The notes beneath the pieces were generated by a model, which saw nothing but the letters and a program-made list of their open reading frames with translations, was not told the origin of the DNA and did no database searches. The translations under genes and the position numbers were made by a program. A stretch of DNA of 64,000 nucleotides from an uncultured Gemmatimonadales bacterium (GTDB taxonomy: Bacteria; Gemmatimonadota; Gemmatimonadetes; Gemmatimonadales; GWC2-71-9), in the NCBI GenBank assembly GCA_963698975.1, contig CAVOSV010000003.1:591199-655198 (forward strand), in the 5' to 3' direction. Of the stretch, positions 41,632 to 51,452 are shown one piece after another; the first letter of the stretch is position 1, and each line of letters opens with the position of its first letter.

Positions 41632-43707
41632 TTACTCCACGCGCTTACTAAGGAGCTGCGCTTCCGACCTGCTGCTGCCGGCGGAGGCGCGGGGGGATGG
41701 ATTTGTTTGCGCCTTAGGAGACGCTGCTGGTCCTAGCCGGCCCACATCGCGTGAGCGCGGGGTCCGGGCTCGTCCCCGAAGGAAATTCTGGATGCCATCG
41801 AGCACACCTTGGGCATAAAGCCGCTGCCCCGAAACTGACCGAAGCCGGGCCTCCTGATCCGGCAGGATCACGAACATTCCCTCACTCAGCGCTGCCGGCA
41901 TCCAGGTGGGACGGACCAGCGCCAGGTCCGCCCGACCTATGCCGAGATCGGGGAGCCGGAGCCGCCGCACCAGCGCCCGCTGGATTTCGGCCGCCAACGG
42001 CAGGCTGCGGGGCTGATTGTAGAATACGGTGGTCCCGTTATTGGTGAAGGGGTTCACGCCATCCGGGAGCGCGTTGTTATGGATGGACACGAGGAGCTCC
42101 GCCCCACTGGTATCGGCCACGGTCACCCTGGACCAGAGGTCCACCGCGGTGTCGGCGGTACGGGTCATGATCACGTGAGCTCCCGCCCGTTGCAGCAGCG
42201 CGCGAAGCCGCAGGGCCACCGCCAGGTTGGCGTCGGCCTCCCGTAATCCGGTGGGACCAGTCGCACCAAGAGGCGGGTGGCCTGGGTCGATGGCGATGCG
42301 GCGTCCCCGCAGAGGATGGCTGGACGAGATGGAGGGAGGCCGCCGTATCTCCAGCAGGAGATCGTTTCGGTCCCATCGGGTGCGGTAGCCCCAGACCGGC
42401 TGGGTTAGCTCTACGTTGAAGCTCAGCTCGTCAGTGCCGCTCTGACTCCATCCAAGCCGCTGGATCAGCGTGTCTTTTCCGTACCGAATCCAATCCACAT
42501 CGGCGACGGCGCTGTAAAACCTGAGCGCGAGGGCTTGGTCGCTCTCGACCACCTGGAAGGGGACCCTTTGGGTGAGCGGTATCCGGAGGGCGACTCGGTC
42601 CGGCAGACTGCTCAGCGTCACCGAGCCAACTACGGCACTCGGGGCGGGAATTCCGCTTGGCAGAGGCCTGGCATCGGATGCCGGGACCCACGCCACCGCT
42701 TCGGGCGAGAGCCGTACGCGAACGTCCTCGTTGAGTCGCGCCGTCACCTGGGCTCGTGTACCCGTAGGAAAGAACCATTGATAAGGACCACCGGGTGTAG
42801 CTCTTCCTGGCGTGAGACTATCCGTCTTTCCCGTACCCGTCGTGTCGTCGTCAAACTCGGTCACCAGCGGGAGCGTATCCAGCAACGATATTTGCAAGGG
42901 CCAGCGGACTCGAACGGTATCCCGATCGACCGCCGCCTCCACGGTTGCCCAACCTGAATCGGGAGACAGGAGATCGGCGTAGGGGGTGGGACAGGAAGCC
43001 CCGGTGACGCAGCGCCACACGGCCCGGCCGAGTACTTGAATGAGGGCCGGCGAGGGGCCCCGGAGGACGGGGCCGGGGTTTGGGCCCAAAGCCTGACCCC
43101 GGACCACGCCAACAAACCTGACTTCATCCGGAGTCCGCAGCTTGGCGGTATCGTGCTCGAAAGCCCGAATGGCGGGGAGGACTTCCTCCGGCTGGCGTTG
43201 GGGACGCAGCTGGAGGCTGGAACCATCGAGCAGATGGAGCCGAACGTCGGCTCCCTCCGCAGCGCGGACGGACAGCGTGACATACTCGTCCCGGCTGATC
43301 CATGCCTGTCCCCGAGGAGTCAGCGACATGGTATCGATCCAGGCCCTGCCCGACCTCACCTCACCGGGCACGAAGCGCGGATCGCGGCGGACGAGGTAGT
43401 TGATTACGCTGGAGTCCCGCCCTCGGAAAGCCTCGATCCTGAACTGCATCACGCTGTCCGGCGGAAACGGGAGCCAGGCCAGCCACGCGCCATTGTCCGC
43501 CACCCGAACCAGGCTTCCATTGATACTCAGTCGCACGTCGGGCCCGGATACCGATCCGAACAGAAAGCTCGAGTCCCGAACCCGAACTCGGTCCTCCGCA
43601 GCGGGATAGACGACGCGAAGCGCGATGGGGGGTGCTTGCGGCAGAACAGCGGCTGGGGCGGTGCAAAGCAGCCACAGGACCCAAAACAGCCCTCGCTGGA
43701 ACGGCAT
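41632..43707 (-). CDS. N-acetylmuramoyl-L-alanine amidase (Amidase_3) with a large N-terminal domain of unknown function
   Basis: Starts MPFQRGLFWVLWLLCTAPAAV (ATG 43707, signal peptide). C-terminal IAIDPGHPPLGATG...LVSIHNNA. ORF-track residues upstream of 43707 are antisense to the PP2C gene. Confidence 0.8.
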   Translation of the reverse strand: MPFQRGLFWVLWLLCTAPAAVLPQAPPIALRVVYPAAEDRVRVRDSSFLFGSVSGPDVRLSINGSLVRVADNGAWLAWLPFPPDSVMQFRIEAFRGRDSSVINYLVRRDPRFVPGEVRSGRAWIDTMSLTPRGQAWISRDEYVTLSVRAAEGADVRLHLLDGSSLQLRPQRQPEEVLPAIRAFEHDTAKLRTPDEVRFVGVVRGQALGPNPGPVLRGPSPALIQVLGRAVWRCVTGASCPTPYADLLSPDSGWATVEAAVDRDTVRVRWPLQISLLDTLPLVTEFDDDTTGTGKTDSLTPGRATPGGPYQWFFPTGTRAQVTARLNEDVRVRLSPEAVAWVPASDARPLPSGIPAPSAVVGSVTLSSLPDRVALRIPLTQRVPFQVVESDQALALRFYSAVADVDWIRYGKDTLIQRLGWSQSGTDELSFNVELTQPVWGYRTRWDRNDLLLEIRRPPSISSSHPLRGRRIAIDPGHPPLGATGPTGLREADANLAVALRLRALLQRAGAHVIMTRTADTAVDLWSRVTVADTSGAELLVSIHNNALPDGVNPFTNNGTTVFYNQPRSLPLAAEIQRALVRRLRLPDLGIGRADLALVRPTWMPAALSEGMFVILPDQEARLRSVSGQRLYAQGVLDGIQNFLRGRARTPRSRDVGRLGPAASPKAQTNPSPRASAGSSRSEAQLLSKRVE

Positions 43708-43821
43708 GCTGCAAGGTAAACGTTGACTAGGACTTACGCCAAGGCAGCGTTGACGCGTTTCATACCATTCCCTAGATTCGTCAGACCTCGAACGCCTGAC
43801 GGATGGAAGGGACTGCGTGCG

Positions 43822-44844
43822 ATGACCAACGGCTCGGTACGCGTCTCCGTCTTCGGCAAGACCGACCTGGGCCGGACCCGCGAGCACAACGAGGACACCT
43901 TCCTCGTTGCCGACCTCAGCACTGGCAACGCCAGCCTTCAGCCTGAAGTTCGCAATCATCAGATCGGCCCCCGGGGCTCCCTGTTCATGGTAGCCGACGG
44001 AATGGGCGGCGCGGCCGCCGGGGAGCTCGCCAGCGCCATGGCGGCCGACGTCATCCATCGGCATATGGCCCTGGCGTGGGGCCAAGACGGCAACCCCGTA
44101 GCTTCCCGGTTTGCTTTTCGGATGAGGGAGGCGGTCGAGCTTGCCAACGCAGAGATCTACGCCTACGCCCGGGAGCACCCCGAGGTGCGAGGGATGGGCA
44201 CGACTGTGACTGCCGCCGGCATTTTCAACAGTGATCTCTACCTGGCGCAGATCGGCGACAGCCGAGCCTACCTGATCCGGGGCAACGAGGCGATTCAACT
44301 GACCAAGGATCAGAGTCTGATGCAGCGCCTGGTGGACGCGGGCGAGCTGACCGAGACAGAGGCCGAACAGAGCGAGCGGCGCAACATCATCCTGCAAGCC
44401 CTCGGTCCCGACCCGCGGGTGAAGGTGGATCTCACGCATCAACCAGTGCGGCGCGGTGACACCCTGATACTGTGCTCCGATGGACTCTCCGGGTTGGTCC
44501 GGCGGGAAGAGTTTGCCGGTATGACCCAGCAGCATAGAGATCCGCAGGCCCTCTGCGCGGCGCTCATCGATCTTGCGAATGAGCGGGGCGGGCCCGACAA
44601 CATCACTGTCATCACTGCGCGGTTCGAGGGGGAAGGCTTGGCGGAAGCCGGCGGCGAAGACGGCGTAGGTTACCAGAGTTACCGGATTTCCGCGCCCACC
44701 AACCAGCAGGACTCCGACAACGCCGCTGACACCTCTACCTCATCCACTGATGCCGGCACCATCGCGCTGGACCGGCTGCGCAATCTTGGTCTCATCATGC
44801 TGCTGGTTGGCGTCGTCATGCTTCTGCTTGCAGTGTGGCGATAG
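43822..44844 (+). CDS. PP2C-family Ser/Thr phosphatase with C-terminal TM anchor
   Basis: Starts MTNGSVRVSVFGKTDLGRTREHNED. Motifs MVADGMGGAAAGE, LCSDGLSG, GGPDNITVI. C-terminal TM LGLIMLLVGVVMLLLAV. Confidence 0.85.
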   Translation: MTNGSVRVSVFGKTDLGRTREHNEDTFLVADLSTGNASLQPEVRNHQIGPRGSLFMVADGMGGAAAGELASAMAADVIHRHMALAWGQDGNPVASRFAFRMREAVELANAEIYAYAREHPEVRGMGTTVTAAGIFNSDLYLAQIGDSRAYLIRGNEAIQLTKDQSLMQRLVDAGELTETEAEQSERRNIILQALGPDPRVKVDLTHQPVRRGDTLILCSDGLSGLVRREEFAGMTQQHRDPQALCAALIDLANERGGPDNITVITARFEGEGLAEAGGEDGVGYQSYRISAPTNQQDSDNAADTSTSSTDAGTIALDRLRNLGLIMLLVGVVMLLLAVWR

Positions 44845-44847
44845 GAT

Positions 44848-46095
44848 TTGACCACCCTCTCGAGCGAGCCCGCCGAGTCAGCCTTCACCTCTCCACTACA
44901 TCGTCGTCTTTCCTGGATAGCCGCACTCGCCTTTGCTTCCGGGTTTCCCTTTGGTCTGGTCAACGAAACAGTCCCCATTTACCTGCGCAGCAGCGGGGCG
45001 AGCCTGGTGGAGATCGGGCACCTGGCCAAGCTCAGTTTGCCCTGGAGTCTCAAGTGGCTTTGGGCTCCGCTGGTAGACCGGCACGGCAGCAGGCGGCGAT
45101 GGATCACAGCGTGCCTGCTTGGGCTGGCCGGCCTGAGCTTCGCGCTAGGAACCTTCCCGGCAGGACGCCTGAATGCGCTTTTCTGGATTGTACTCACCGG
45201 CATCGTCGTGCTCTCGGCAACGCAGGACATCGCGATCGACGCATACACGATTCAGTCCACAACCACGCGCGAGCTGGGCGTGGCAAACTCCGTTCGAATC
45301 ACCCTGTACCGGGTGGGCATGTTGTGCGCGGGAGGATTCCTGGTTTGGCTGGCGGGTCGGATCGGCTGGTCGTCGAGCATCAAGGTCGGAGCGGGTGTGC
45401 TCGCCGGGTTGGCGCTATGTGCCTCGTTTCTGCCGCCAATCGATCGCGCCAGCGGACATGCTCACACCGTGTGGGAACCGATCCGGGAGCTCTTTGCCAG
45501 GCCGGGCATCGGCGCCGTGATCCTGTTTGCCTTGATTTTCAAGTTCGACATAGCGGCGCTGGAGCCGATGATGCGCCCGTTCTGGGTCGACAGCGGGCTG
45601 ACGCTGGAACAGATCGGCGCTGTGATCACCTCGGGTCGACTGGTGGCGACCATCGCCGGTGCAGCGCTCGGGGGTGTGTTCACCACGCGCTATGGCATCT
45701 TTACCGGCCTCTGGGTGCTGGGATTGGTTCAGGCCCTCTCCGGTCTGATCTACTGGGGCACCGCCGTCGGGGTGCAACAGCATCTGTTGGCCGATACCGC
45801 TGGAGTTGGTGGCAAGGGGCTGATAATTGGTGCAGCGTACTTCGAGAGTTTTGCCGCGGGACTGGGGACCTCGGCCTACTTAGCGTTTCTGATGTCGGTT
45901 TGCGAGAAGCGGTATGCCGCAACTCAGTTCGCGGTTCTCTCCGCACTGCTGGCGCTCACTCGCTGGATTGCCGGTGACCTTTCGGGTGAGCTGGCCGAGC
46001 GATTGGGGTATGCCAGCTACTTCCTGGTCACTTTTTTTCTAGGCTTACCTGCGTTCGCCTTGATTCCCCGCTTGAGGCACGCGAGTCGAGCATGA
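44848..46095 (+). CDS. ampG: AmpG-family muropeptide MFS permease
   Basis: TTG start 3 nt after the PP2C stop. FPFGLVNETVPIYLR...LPWSLKWLWAPLVDR is the AmpG signature. 12-TM pattern. Confidence 0.8.
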   Translation: MTTLSSEPAESAFTSPLHRRLSWIAALAFASGFPFGLVNETVPIYLRSSGASLVEIGHLAKLSLPWSLKWLWAPLVDRHGSRRRWITACLLGLAGLSFALGTFPAGRLNALFWIVLTGIVVLSATQDIAIDAYTIQSTTTRELGVANSVRITLYRVGMLCAGGFLVWLAGRIGWSSSIKVGAGVLAGLALCASFLPPIDRASGHAHTVWEPIRELFARPGIGAVILFALIFKFDIAALEPMMRPFWVDSGLTLEQIGAVITSGRLVATIAGAALGGVFTTRYGIFTGLWVLGLVQALSGLIYWGTAVGVQQHLLADTAGVGGKGLIIGAAYFESFAAGLGTSAYLAFLMSVCEKRYAATQFAVLSALLALTRWIAGDLSGELAERLGYASYFLVTFFLGLPAFALIPRLRHASRA

Positions 46096-46099
46096 GGAG

Positions 46100-47551
46100 T
46101 CAGTTGCGCGGCTTCGTGAATCGTTGCCCGAGCCAGCGTGCCACCGCCTCCTGCATTAGCCGCTGGCGGTGCCAGGCCAGCAACACCGGAGCGCGATTGG
46201 GCAGCTCACTCAGGATCCGAGGGTGGCCAAAGAGGATCAGGAGATCGGCCCCGGTAGCATAGTGAGCGAGCGCCTCACGGGAGGCGGACCCCAAGCCGGA
46301 CCGTCCCTTCCAGGCACGCGGCTCGGCAAAAACCATGACCACTCGCGATCCACCGGAGTAGCGCCCGATCAACTCGGGGCCAAGCGCGCGTTGCACGTAA
46401 TCAGTGGAGCTCGGCGGATACGGACCGCCCACATCATCGTCGACCACCACCAGATCCAGAGGTCCTACCAGCGTTGGAGGCGCGCCTCGCACCATCCCCT
46501 CTTTCAGCAGTGTGTCCGCCAGGGCGTCGGCCGAATCAAAGGGCCCTCGGGTTACCGGCGGGGTCGGGGCAGTCGCAGCCGTGAGCGCGCGATCATAGCG
46601 GATGAGTGACTCCTCCAACCGTTCCCGGCTCAGATTGCCGCTGGCCAGCGCTGCCTCCAGGGCGTCCCGCACCCGTCTGGGATCGTTGGGATAGAGCAGC
46701 AGATCAGCCCCGGCCTGTACGGCCTGTACCGCGGCGTCGGACTCGCGGCGGCCCGACAACGCTCCGTCCATTATCAGGGCGTCGGTAACCACGAGGCCAT
46801 CGAACCGAGACTTGCCCCGAAGCTCCCCCAGCAGAGTGCGGGACAGGGTGGCCGGGAGTTGAGAGTCGTCCAGGGACGGATAAGCCACGTGCGCGGTCAT
46901 GATGGAAGCGACACCGCTTTCGATAGCCACGGTAAACGGCAACAGATCCGCACTGCGCAAAGCCGCGGCCGGCGCTTCCACTACCGGCAAGGTGATATGC
47001 GAGTCAACGGTGGTCCTGCCGTGCCCCGGATAATGCTTGGCACAGGCCAAGGCTCCGGCGGACTGACATCCCTCGATCCACTGCCGCACGCAGGTAGCCA
47101 CGTCATTGGGATCGGCGCCGAACGCCCGCGTTTGCACGATAGGATTCTCCGGTAAAACGTCGAGATCTGCTACCGGAGCAAAGATCCAATTGATTCCTAC
47201 CGCCCGAGCCTCCTGAGCCGTCACCGATGCCGCCCAACGGACCACCGCAGGATCTCCCAACGACGCCAGTGCCATGGGTGGAGGAAATTCAGTAAGCCCC
47301 ACAATCTGCTGTCCTGCTCCCCGCTCCAGGTCCGCGGCCAGCAACAGTGGCCGCCCGGCCCGGCGCAAGAGGTCGGCGGTCAGACGGCGTACGCTTTCCG
47401 CGGTCCCTCCGAAGATGATGAAGCCTCCTACACCGATCTCCAGCGCGTCGGCGATCCTCCCGGCCTCGTGGGCAAAGCCGCTGAGCGCCTCCGAGCGCAA
47501 AGCCGGAAGAATCAGCCGGGCGGGGATCCGATTGCTTGGGTCCGGGGTCAT
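46100..47551 (-). CDS. nagZ: Beta-N-acetylhexosaminidase NagZ (GH3) with C-terminal extension
   Basis: GH3 motif AKHYPGHGRT. ATGA overlap with anmK. Confidence 0.85.
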   Translation of the reverse strand: MTPDPSNRIPARLILPALRSEALSGFAHEAGRIADALEIGVGGFIIFGGTAESVRRLTADLLRRAGRPLLLAADLERGAGQQIVGLTEFPPPMALASLGDPAVVRWAASVTAQEARAVGINWIFAPVADLDVLPENPIVQTRAFGADPNDVATCVRQWIEGCQSAGALACAKHYPGHGRTTVDSHITLPVVEAPAAALRSADLLPFTVAIESGVASIMTAHVAYPSLDDSQLPATLSRTLLGELRGKSRFDGLVVTDALIMDGALSGRRESDAAVQAVQAGADLLLYPNDPRRVRDALEAALASGNLSRERLEESLIRYDRALTAATAPTPPVTRGPFDSADALADTLLKEGMVRGAPPTLVGPLDLVVVDDDVGGPYPPSSTDYVQRALGPELIGRYSGGSRVVMVFAEPRAWKGRSGLGSASREALAHYATGADLLILFGHPRILSELPNRAPVLLAWHRQRLMQEAVARWLGQRFTKPRN

Positions 47552-48660
47552 GCCGGTGTCACCGTGCCAAGCACGCGAGGACCACCTGCCCCAGTAGCCG
47601 CAGGAAGATTTCCGGGCTGCCCGTGCAGTGTCAGGTACCCGAGCAGGGCAAATGCCACCGCTTCCTTGGCATCGCCGGCAAAGAACAGATCGTCGAACCG
47701 TCGGAGCTGATGCTCACCTCGGCGCATCAAGGAACGGGTCAGGGCGGTCATGAGGCCGGGGTGATGGCACCCCCCACCGGACGCCACCACCTCTACATGG
47801 GGTGGAGTCCACCGGCCGATCGCGTCGGAAACGCTGCGAGCTGTCAGCTCGACCGCCGTCGCGACAGCGTCCGCGCCCGGAAGCCGCCGGTACAATGCCT
47901 CCGCATACGCGTCTCCGAACCGCTCGCGGCCGGTGCTTTTCGGCGGAGGGGCGGCAAAGAAATCGTCCTCGAGCAGCTCTCCCAAGACCCGCTCATCGAT
48001 ATGTCCCCGCGCCGCAATCTTGCCGTCACGATCATAGCTGCAGTTTCGGTCCGCCAGACGGGCTGTGGCATCGATCAGCGCCATACCTGGACCAGTGTCA
48101 AAGGCCAGCACACCCTGGTCCAACGCGCGCTGCTCGACATAGGTGAGGTTGGCCATGCCGCCAAGATTCAGGAGAATGCGGGGGGCGTCTACTGCGGCAA
48201 AGAGTAGCACGTCAGCCATCGGCACCAGGGGTGCCCCCTGACCTCCCGCTGCCACATCGCGGGCGCGAAAGCCGCTGATAACGCGGACGCCAAACCTCTC
48301 CGCGAGGATGGCGGGCTCACCCAGCTGCCAGGAGACCACCGGCGGCTCGTGCCAGATGGTCTGTCCCGGGAAGGCGATCAGGGAAAGCTCAGAGGCTGGT
48401 ACGTTGCTGTGCTCGAGCAACGTCTGCACGGCCTCTGATGCCCACTCAGCCAGCTGCACATGAAGGCGAGCCAGGGTGGCCGCCGTAGCGCCATTCAGCG
48501 CCTGCCGAAGCTGGGCTCTTTCATCGTCGGTATATGAACGGGTAACGAAGTCCAGCAGTGTCGCGTGGGTGGGACCCTGGAACCGGACCAGTGCCGCATC
48601 CATGCCATCCAGGGAGGTGCCCGACATGAGGCCAATGGCCAGCGTGGGACGCTCGGTCAT
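47548..48660 (-). CDS. anmK: Anhydro-N-acetylmuramic acid kinase
   Basis: N-terminal GLMSGTSLDGMDAALV motif. ATGA overlap with murQ. Confidence 0.9.
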   Translation of the reverse strand: MTERPTLAIGLMSGTSLDGMDAALVRFQGPTHATLLDFVTRSYTDDERAQLRQALNGATAATLARLHVQLAEWASEAVQTLLEHSNVPASELSLIAFPGQTIWHEPPVVSWQLGEPAILAERFGVRVISGFRARDVAAGGQGAPLVPMADVLLFAAVDAPRILLNLGGMANLTYVEQRALDQGVLAFDTGPGMALIDATARLADRNCSYDRDGKIAARGHIDERVLGELLEDDFFAAPPPKSTGRERFGDAYAEALYRRLPGADAVATAVELTARSVSDAIGRWTPPHVEVVASGGGCHHPGLMTALTRSLMRRGEHQLRRFDDLFFAGDAKEAVAFALLGYLTLHGQPGNLPAATGAGGPRVLGTVTPA

Positions 48661-49583
48661 TGGGAGCGCACCGGCGGGGGATCCCCGACCACGGGACGGA
48701 GGCGGCCCTCATGCTGGGCCAGCAACTGTTCGGCCTCTCCCTTACTCACGCTGCGTCGAGCCATCACGATTGCCGTCTTGACACTGCCCTCGGCCGCGTC
48801 AATGACGGCGCGAGCGGCGCCCCGATCCAGTCCCGTGGTTTCCATGACAATGCGTTGACTCCGGTCGATGAGTTTGTCGTTCCAGGCGCGGAGATCGACC
48901 ATCAGATTGCCGTAAATCTTTCCCAGCCGGATCATCGCTCCGGTCGTCAGCGTATTGAGCACCAGCTTGGTGGCGGTTCCAGCCTTCATCCGGGTAGAGC
49001 CGGTGACGATCTCGGGCCCGACCAGCACTGTGATTAAGACCTCGCAAACCCTGGTCAGCTGCGAGGGGGCTTCCGAGCAGGAGACCAGCACGGTACGGGC
49101 GCCAAGAGTGTGGGCGCGAATCAGGCCGGCACTCACATAGGGAGTCGTGCCACTCGCCGCGATTCCGACCACCACATCGTTGGAGCCGATCCGCAGCGAA
49201 TCGATGGCCGCCTCAGCCGTGCCGGTGTCGTCTTCTGCTCCCTCGACCGACCGCACGAGCGCGGCAGATCCCCCCGCGATCAATCCCACGACCATCTCGG
49301 GGGAAGTTCCGAAGGTGGGCGGGCACTCCGCCGCGTCAAGCACGCCGAGGCGTCCGCTGGTTCCCGCGCCGACGTACACGAGTCTGCCGCCGGCGCGAAA
49401 CGCGGCCTCGAGAAGATCGATTGCCTTGGCGATATGGACGCGAGCCCGGGCGACGGCGCCGGGAACGGTGGCGTCTTCGGCGCCGATGAGATCAACAATC
49501 TCGAGCGCGGAGGCGGTATCGATGGCAATGCTGCGAGGATTACGCCGTTCGGTCAGGCGTGTGTCGAGGTAGTCTTCAGCCAC
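48657..49583 (-). CDS. murQ: N-acetylmuramic acid 6-phosphate etherase
   Basis: SIS-domain VYVGAGTSGRLG motif. Typical 308 aa. Confidence 0.9.
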   Translation of the reverse strand: MAEDYLDTRLTERRNPRSIAIDTASALEIVDLIGAEDATVPGAVARARVHIAKAIDLLEAAFRAGGRLVYVGAGTSGRLGVLDAAECPPTFGTSPEMVVGLIAGGSAALVRSVEGAEDDTGTAEAAIDSLRIGSNDVVVGIAASGTTPYVSAGLIRAHTLGARTVLVSCSEAPSQLTRVCEVLITVLVGPEIVTGSTRMKAGTATKLVLNTLTTGAMIRLGKIYGNLMVDLRAWNDKLIDRSQRIVMETTGLDRGAARAVIDAAEGSVKTAIVMARRSVSKGEAEQLLAQHEGRLRPVVGDPPPVRSQ

Positions 49584-49642
49584 GCAAGCTAAGGATGGGG
49601 AGTATCCAGCCGTCAGCGTCGAGCTAAATTAGGACCACTCGG

Positions 49643-51403
49643 ATGTTCGGGGCAACTCTCTTATATCAGGACACTTACTCCGGAGCCAGTGTGCGAGTTC
49701 CCGCTGCCCTGCTGATCCTGTCATTCACCCTGGCCTGCGGTCGTCCTTCCTCCACTCCTGACGCATCACCGGTGTCGGGTGTGGCCGCGGACTGGCCGTA
49801 TTCGGGAAAGGCGCGGGTGACCACCTCGCGACAAGCGATGGTGGTGTCCGGAAGTCCGATCGCGAGCGAGGTGGGCCGGAGCATTCTGCAGCAGGGCGGA
49901 AACGCGGTGGACGCGGCGGTTGCAGTTGGCTTCGCCCTGGCGGTGGTGCATCCCGAGGCCGGGAATATTGGCGGCGGTGGCTTCATGATCATCCGCCCCC
50001 GCGAGGGCAAGGTGCAGGCGCTCGACTATCGGGAGATAGCGCCGGGCCTGGCTACCCGGGACATGTACCGCTCGGCAGGTGAGGACGGCAGTGTAACGGG
50101 ACACCTCTCAGCCGGGGTGCCGGGGGCTGTGGCCGGTTTGACTGAAGCACATCGGCGCTACGGTCGGCTTCCACTGGCCGCCGTGATCCAGCCGGCTATC
50201 CGACTCGCGCTCGAAGGATTTACGGTGGATGACTACCGGAGTCGCTCCATTGGTGAGGACAGCGCTCGGTTGGTCCTCTTCCCTGCCTCACGCACCACCT
50301 TCCTGCCGGCGGACCGTCCGCCTCAGCCGGGCTCGACCTTTCGTCAGCCGGAGCTGGGCGCGACACTCGAGGCCATTCACGACAGCGGCGCGGCCGGCTT
50401 CTATAGCGGGCGAGTGGCCGAGCTGCTGGTGGCAGAGATGAAGCGAGGAGGTGGGATCATCAGCCTCAAAGATCTGGCCGGCTATCGGGCCGTCTGGCGC
50501 AGCCCCATCGAAATCACGTATCGCGGCTACACCATCTATTCCATGCCACCCGCTTCATCCGGCGGGGTGACGATGGGAGAGATTCTGAACATCATGGAAG
50601 GTTTCAGCCCGCTGCCACGATTCGGCTCAGCCGCTCTCATCCATCGCGAGGCTGAAGCGATGCGGCGCGCCTTCACCGATCGGAACACCTACCTGGGCGA
50701 CCCGGCGTTCGTGCGCAACCCGATAGATCGGCTGCTGTCCAAACAATACGCCGCTGATCTCCGGCGCCAGATCGGAGAGCGCGCCTCTCCCACTCCCGTG
50801 TTCGAGCCCGCGCCGGCTGGAGGATCCTCGACCACCCACTACTCGGTAGTCGATGCCGAAGGAAATGCCGTCAGCTGCACCACTACATTGAACAACAGCT
50901 ATGGCAGCGCAGTGACGGTGACCGGGGCGGGTTTCCTGCTGAATGATGAAATGGACGACTTCGCCACTTCACCGGGCGAGCCAAACATGTACGGCCTGGT
51001 CCAGGGCGAGGCGAACGCCATCGCGCCGGGAAAGCGAATGCTTTCAGCCATGACCCCGAGCATCGTGCTGAACCCGGAGAAGCAACTCTACCTCGTCGTG
51101 GGAACGCCGGGCGGTCCGCGCATCATCACGATGGTATATCACGTGATCTCCAACGTCATCGACCACCGGATGACTCTGGCCGACGCGGTCACGGCCCCCC
51201 GGATGCACCACCAGGGCTTGCCCGACACTCTCATGGTAGAGACCAACGGGTTCCCGCCTCAGACGCTCGACAGTCTGCGGAGTCGCGGGCACGCGGTGCT
51301 CGAAGATGGGAAGTGGGGCGACGTCGAAGGGATTATTCGTACCACCCAGGGGTGGGAGGGGGTGAGCGATCCCAGGCTGGGTGGAGGTGGCGCGGGGTAC
51401 TGA
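49643..51403 (+). CDS. ggt: Gamma-glutamyltransferase
   Basis: Lipoprotein-type signal (LSFTLACG) and the autoprocessing nucleophile region GGSSTTHYSVVD. Confidence 0.9.
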   Translation: MFGATLLYQDTYSGASVRVPAALLILSFTLACGRPSSTPDASPVSGVAADWPYSGKARVTTSRQAMVVSGSPIASEVGRSILQQGGNAVDAAVAVGFALAVVHPEAGNIGGGGFMIIRPREGKVQALDYREIAPGLATRDMYRSAGEDGSVTGHLSAGVPGAVAGLTEAHRRYGRLPLAAVIQPAIRLALEGFTVDDYRSRSIGEDSARLVLFPASRTTFLPADRPPQPGSTFRQPELGATLEAIHDSGAAGFYSGRVAELLVAEMKRGGGIISLKDLAGYRAVWRSPIEITYRGYTIYSMPPASSGGVTMGEILNIMEGFSPLPRFGSAALIHREAEAMRRAFTDRNTYLGDPAFVRNPIDRLLSKQYAADLRRQIGERASPTPVFEPAPAGGSSTTHYSVVDAEGNAVSCTTTLNNSYGSAVTVTGAGFLLNDEMDDFATSPGEPNMYGLVQGEANAIAPGKRMLSAMTPSIVLNPEKQLYLVVGTPGGPRIITMVYHVISNVIDHRMTLADAVTAPRMHHQGLPDTLMVETNGFPPQTLDSLRSRGHAVLEDGKWGDVEGIIRTTQGWEGVSDPRLGGGGAGY

Positions 51404-51408
51404 TTAAA

Positions 51409-51444
51409 GCGTAAGCGGGAGCAGAAAGCAGTTCCCGCTTACGC
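51409..51444. terminator. Stem-loop between convergent genes (12-bp perfect stem)
   Basis: GCGTAAGCGGGA-12 nt loop-TCCCGCTTACGC, followed by CTTTCCGTT. Confidence 0.65.
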
Positions 51445-51452
51445 CTTTCCGT

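Noticed and set aside
43708-44535. N-terminal 276 aa of the 967-aa ORF containing the amidase.
   Set aside because: This part is antisense to the well-supported PP2C gene and has no signal peptide or motifs. A signal-peptide-bearing ATG at 43707 gives a sensible secreted amidase.
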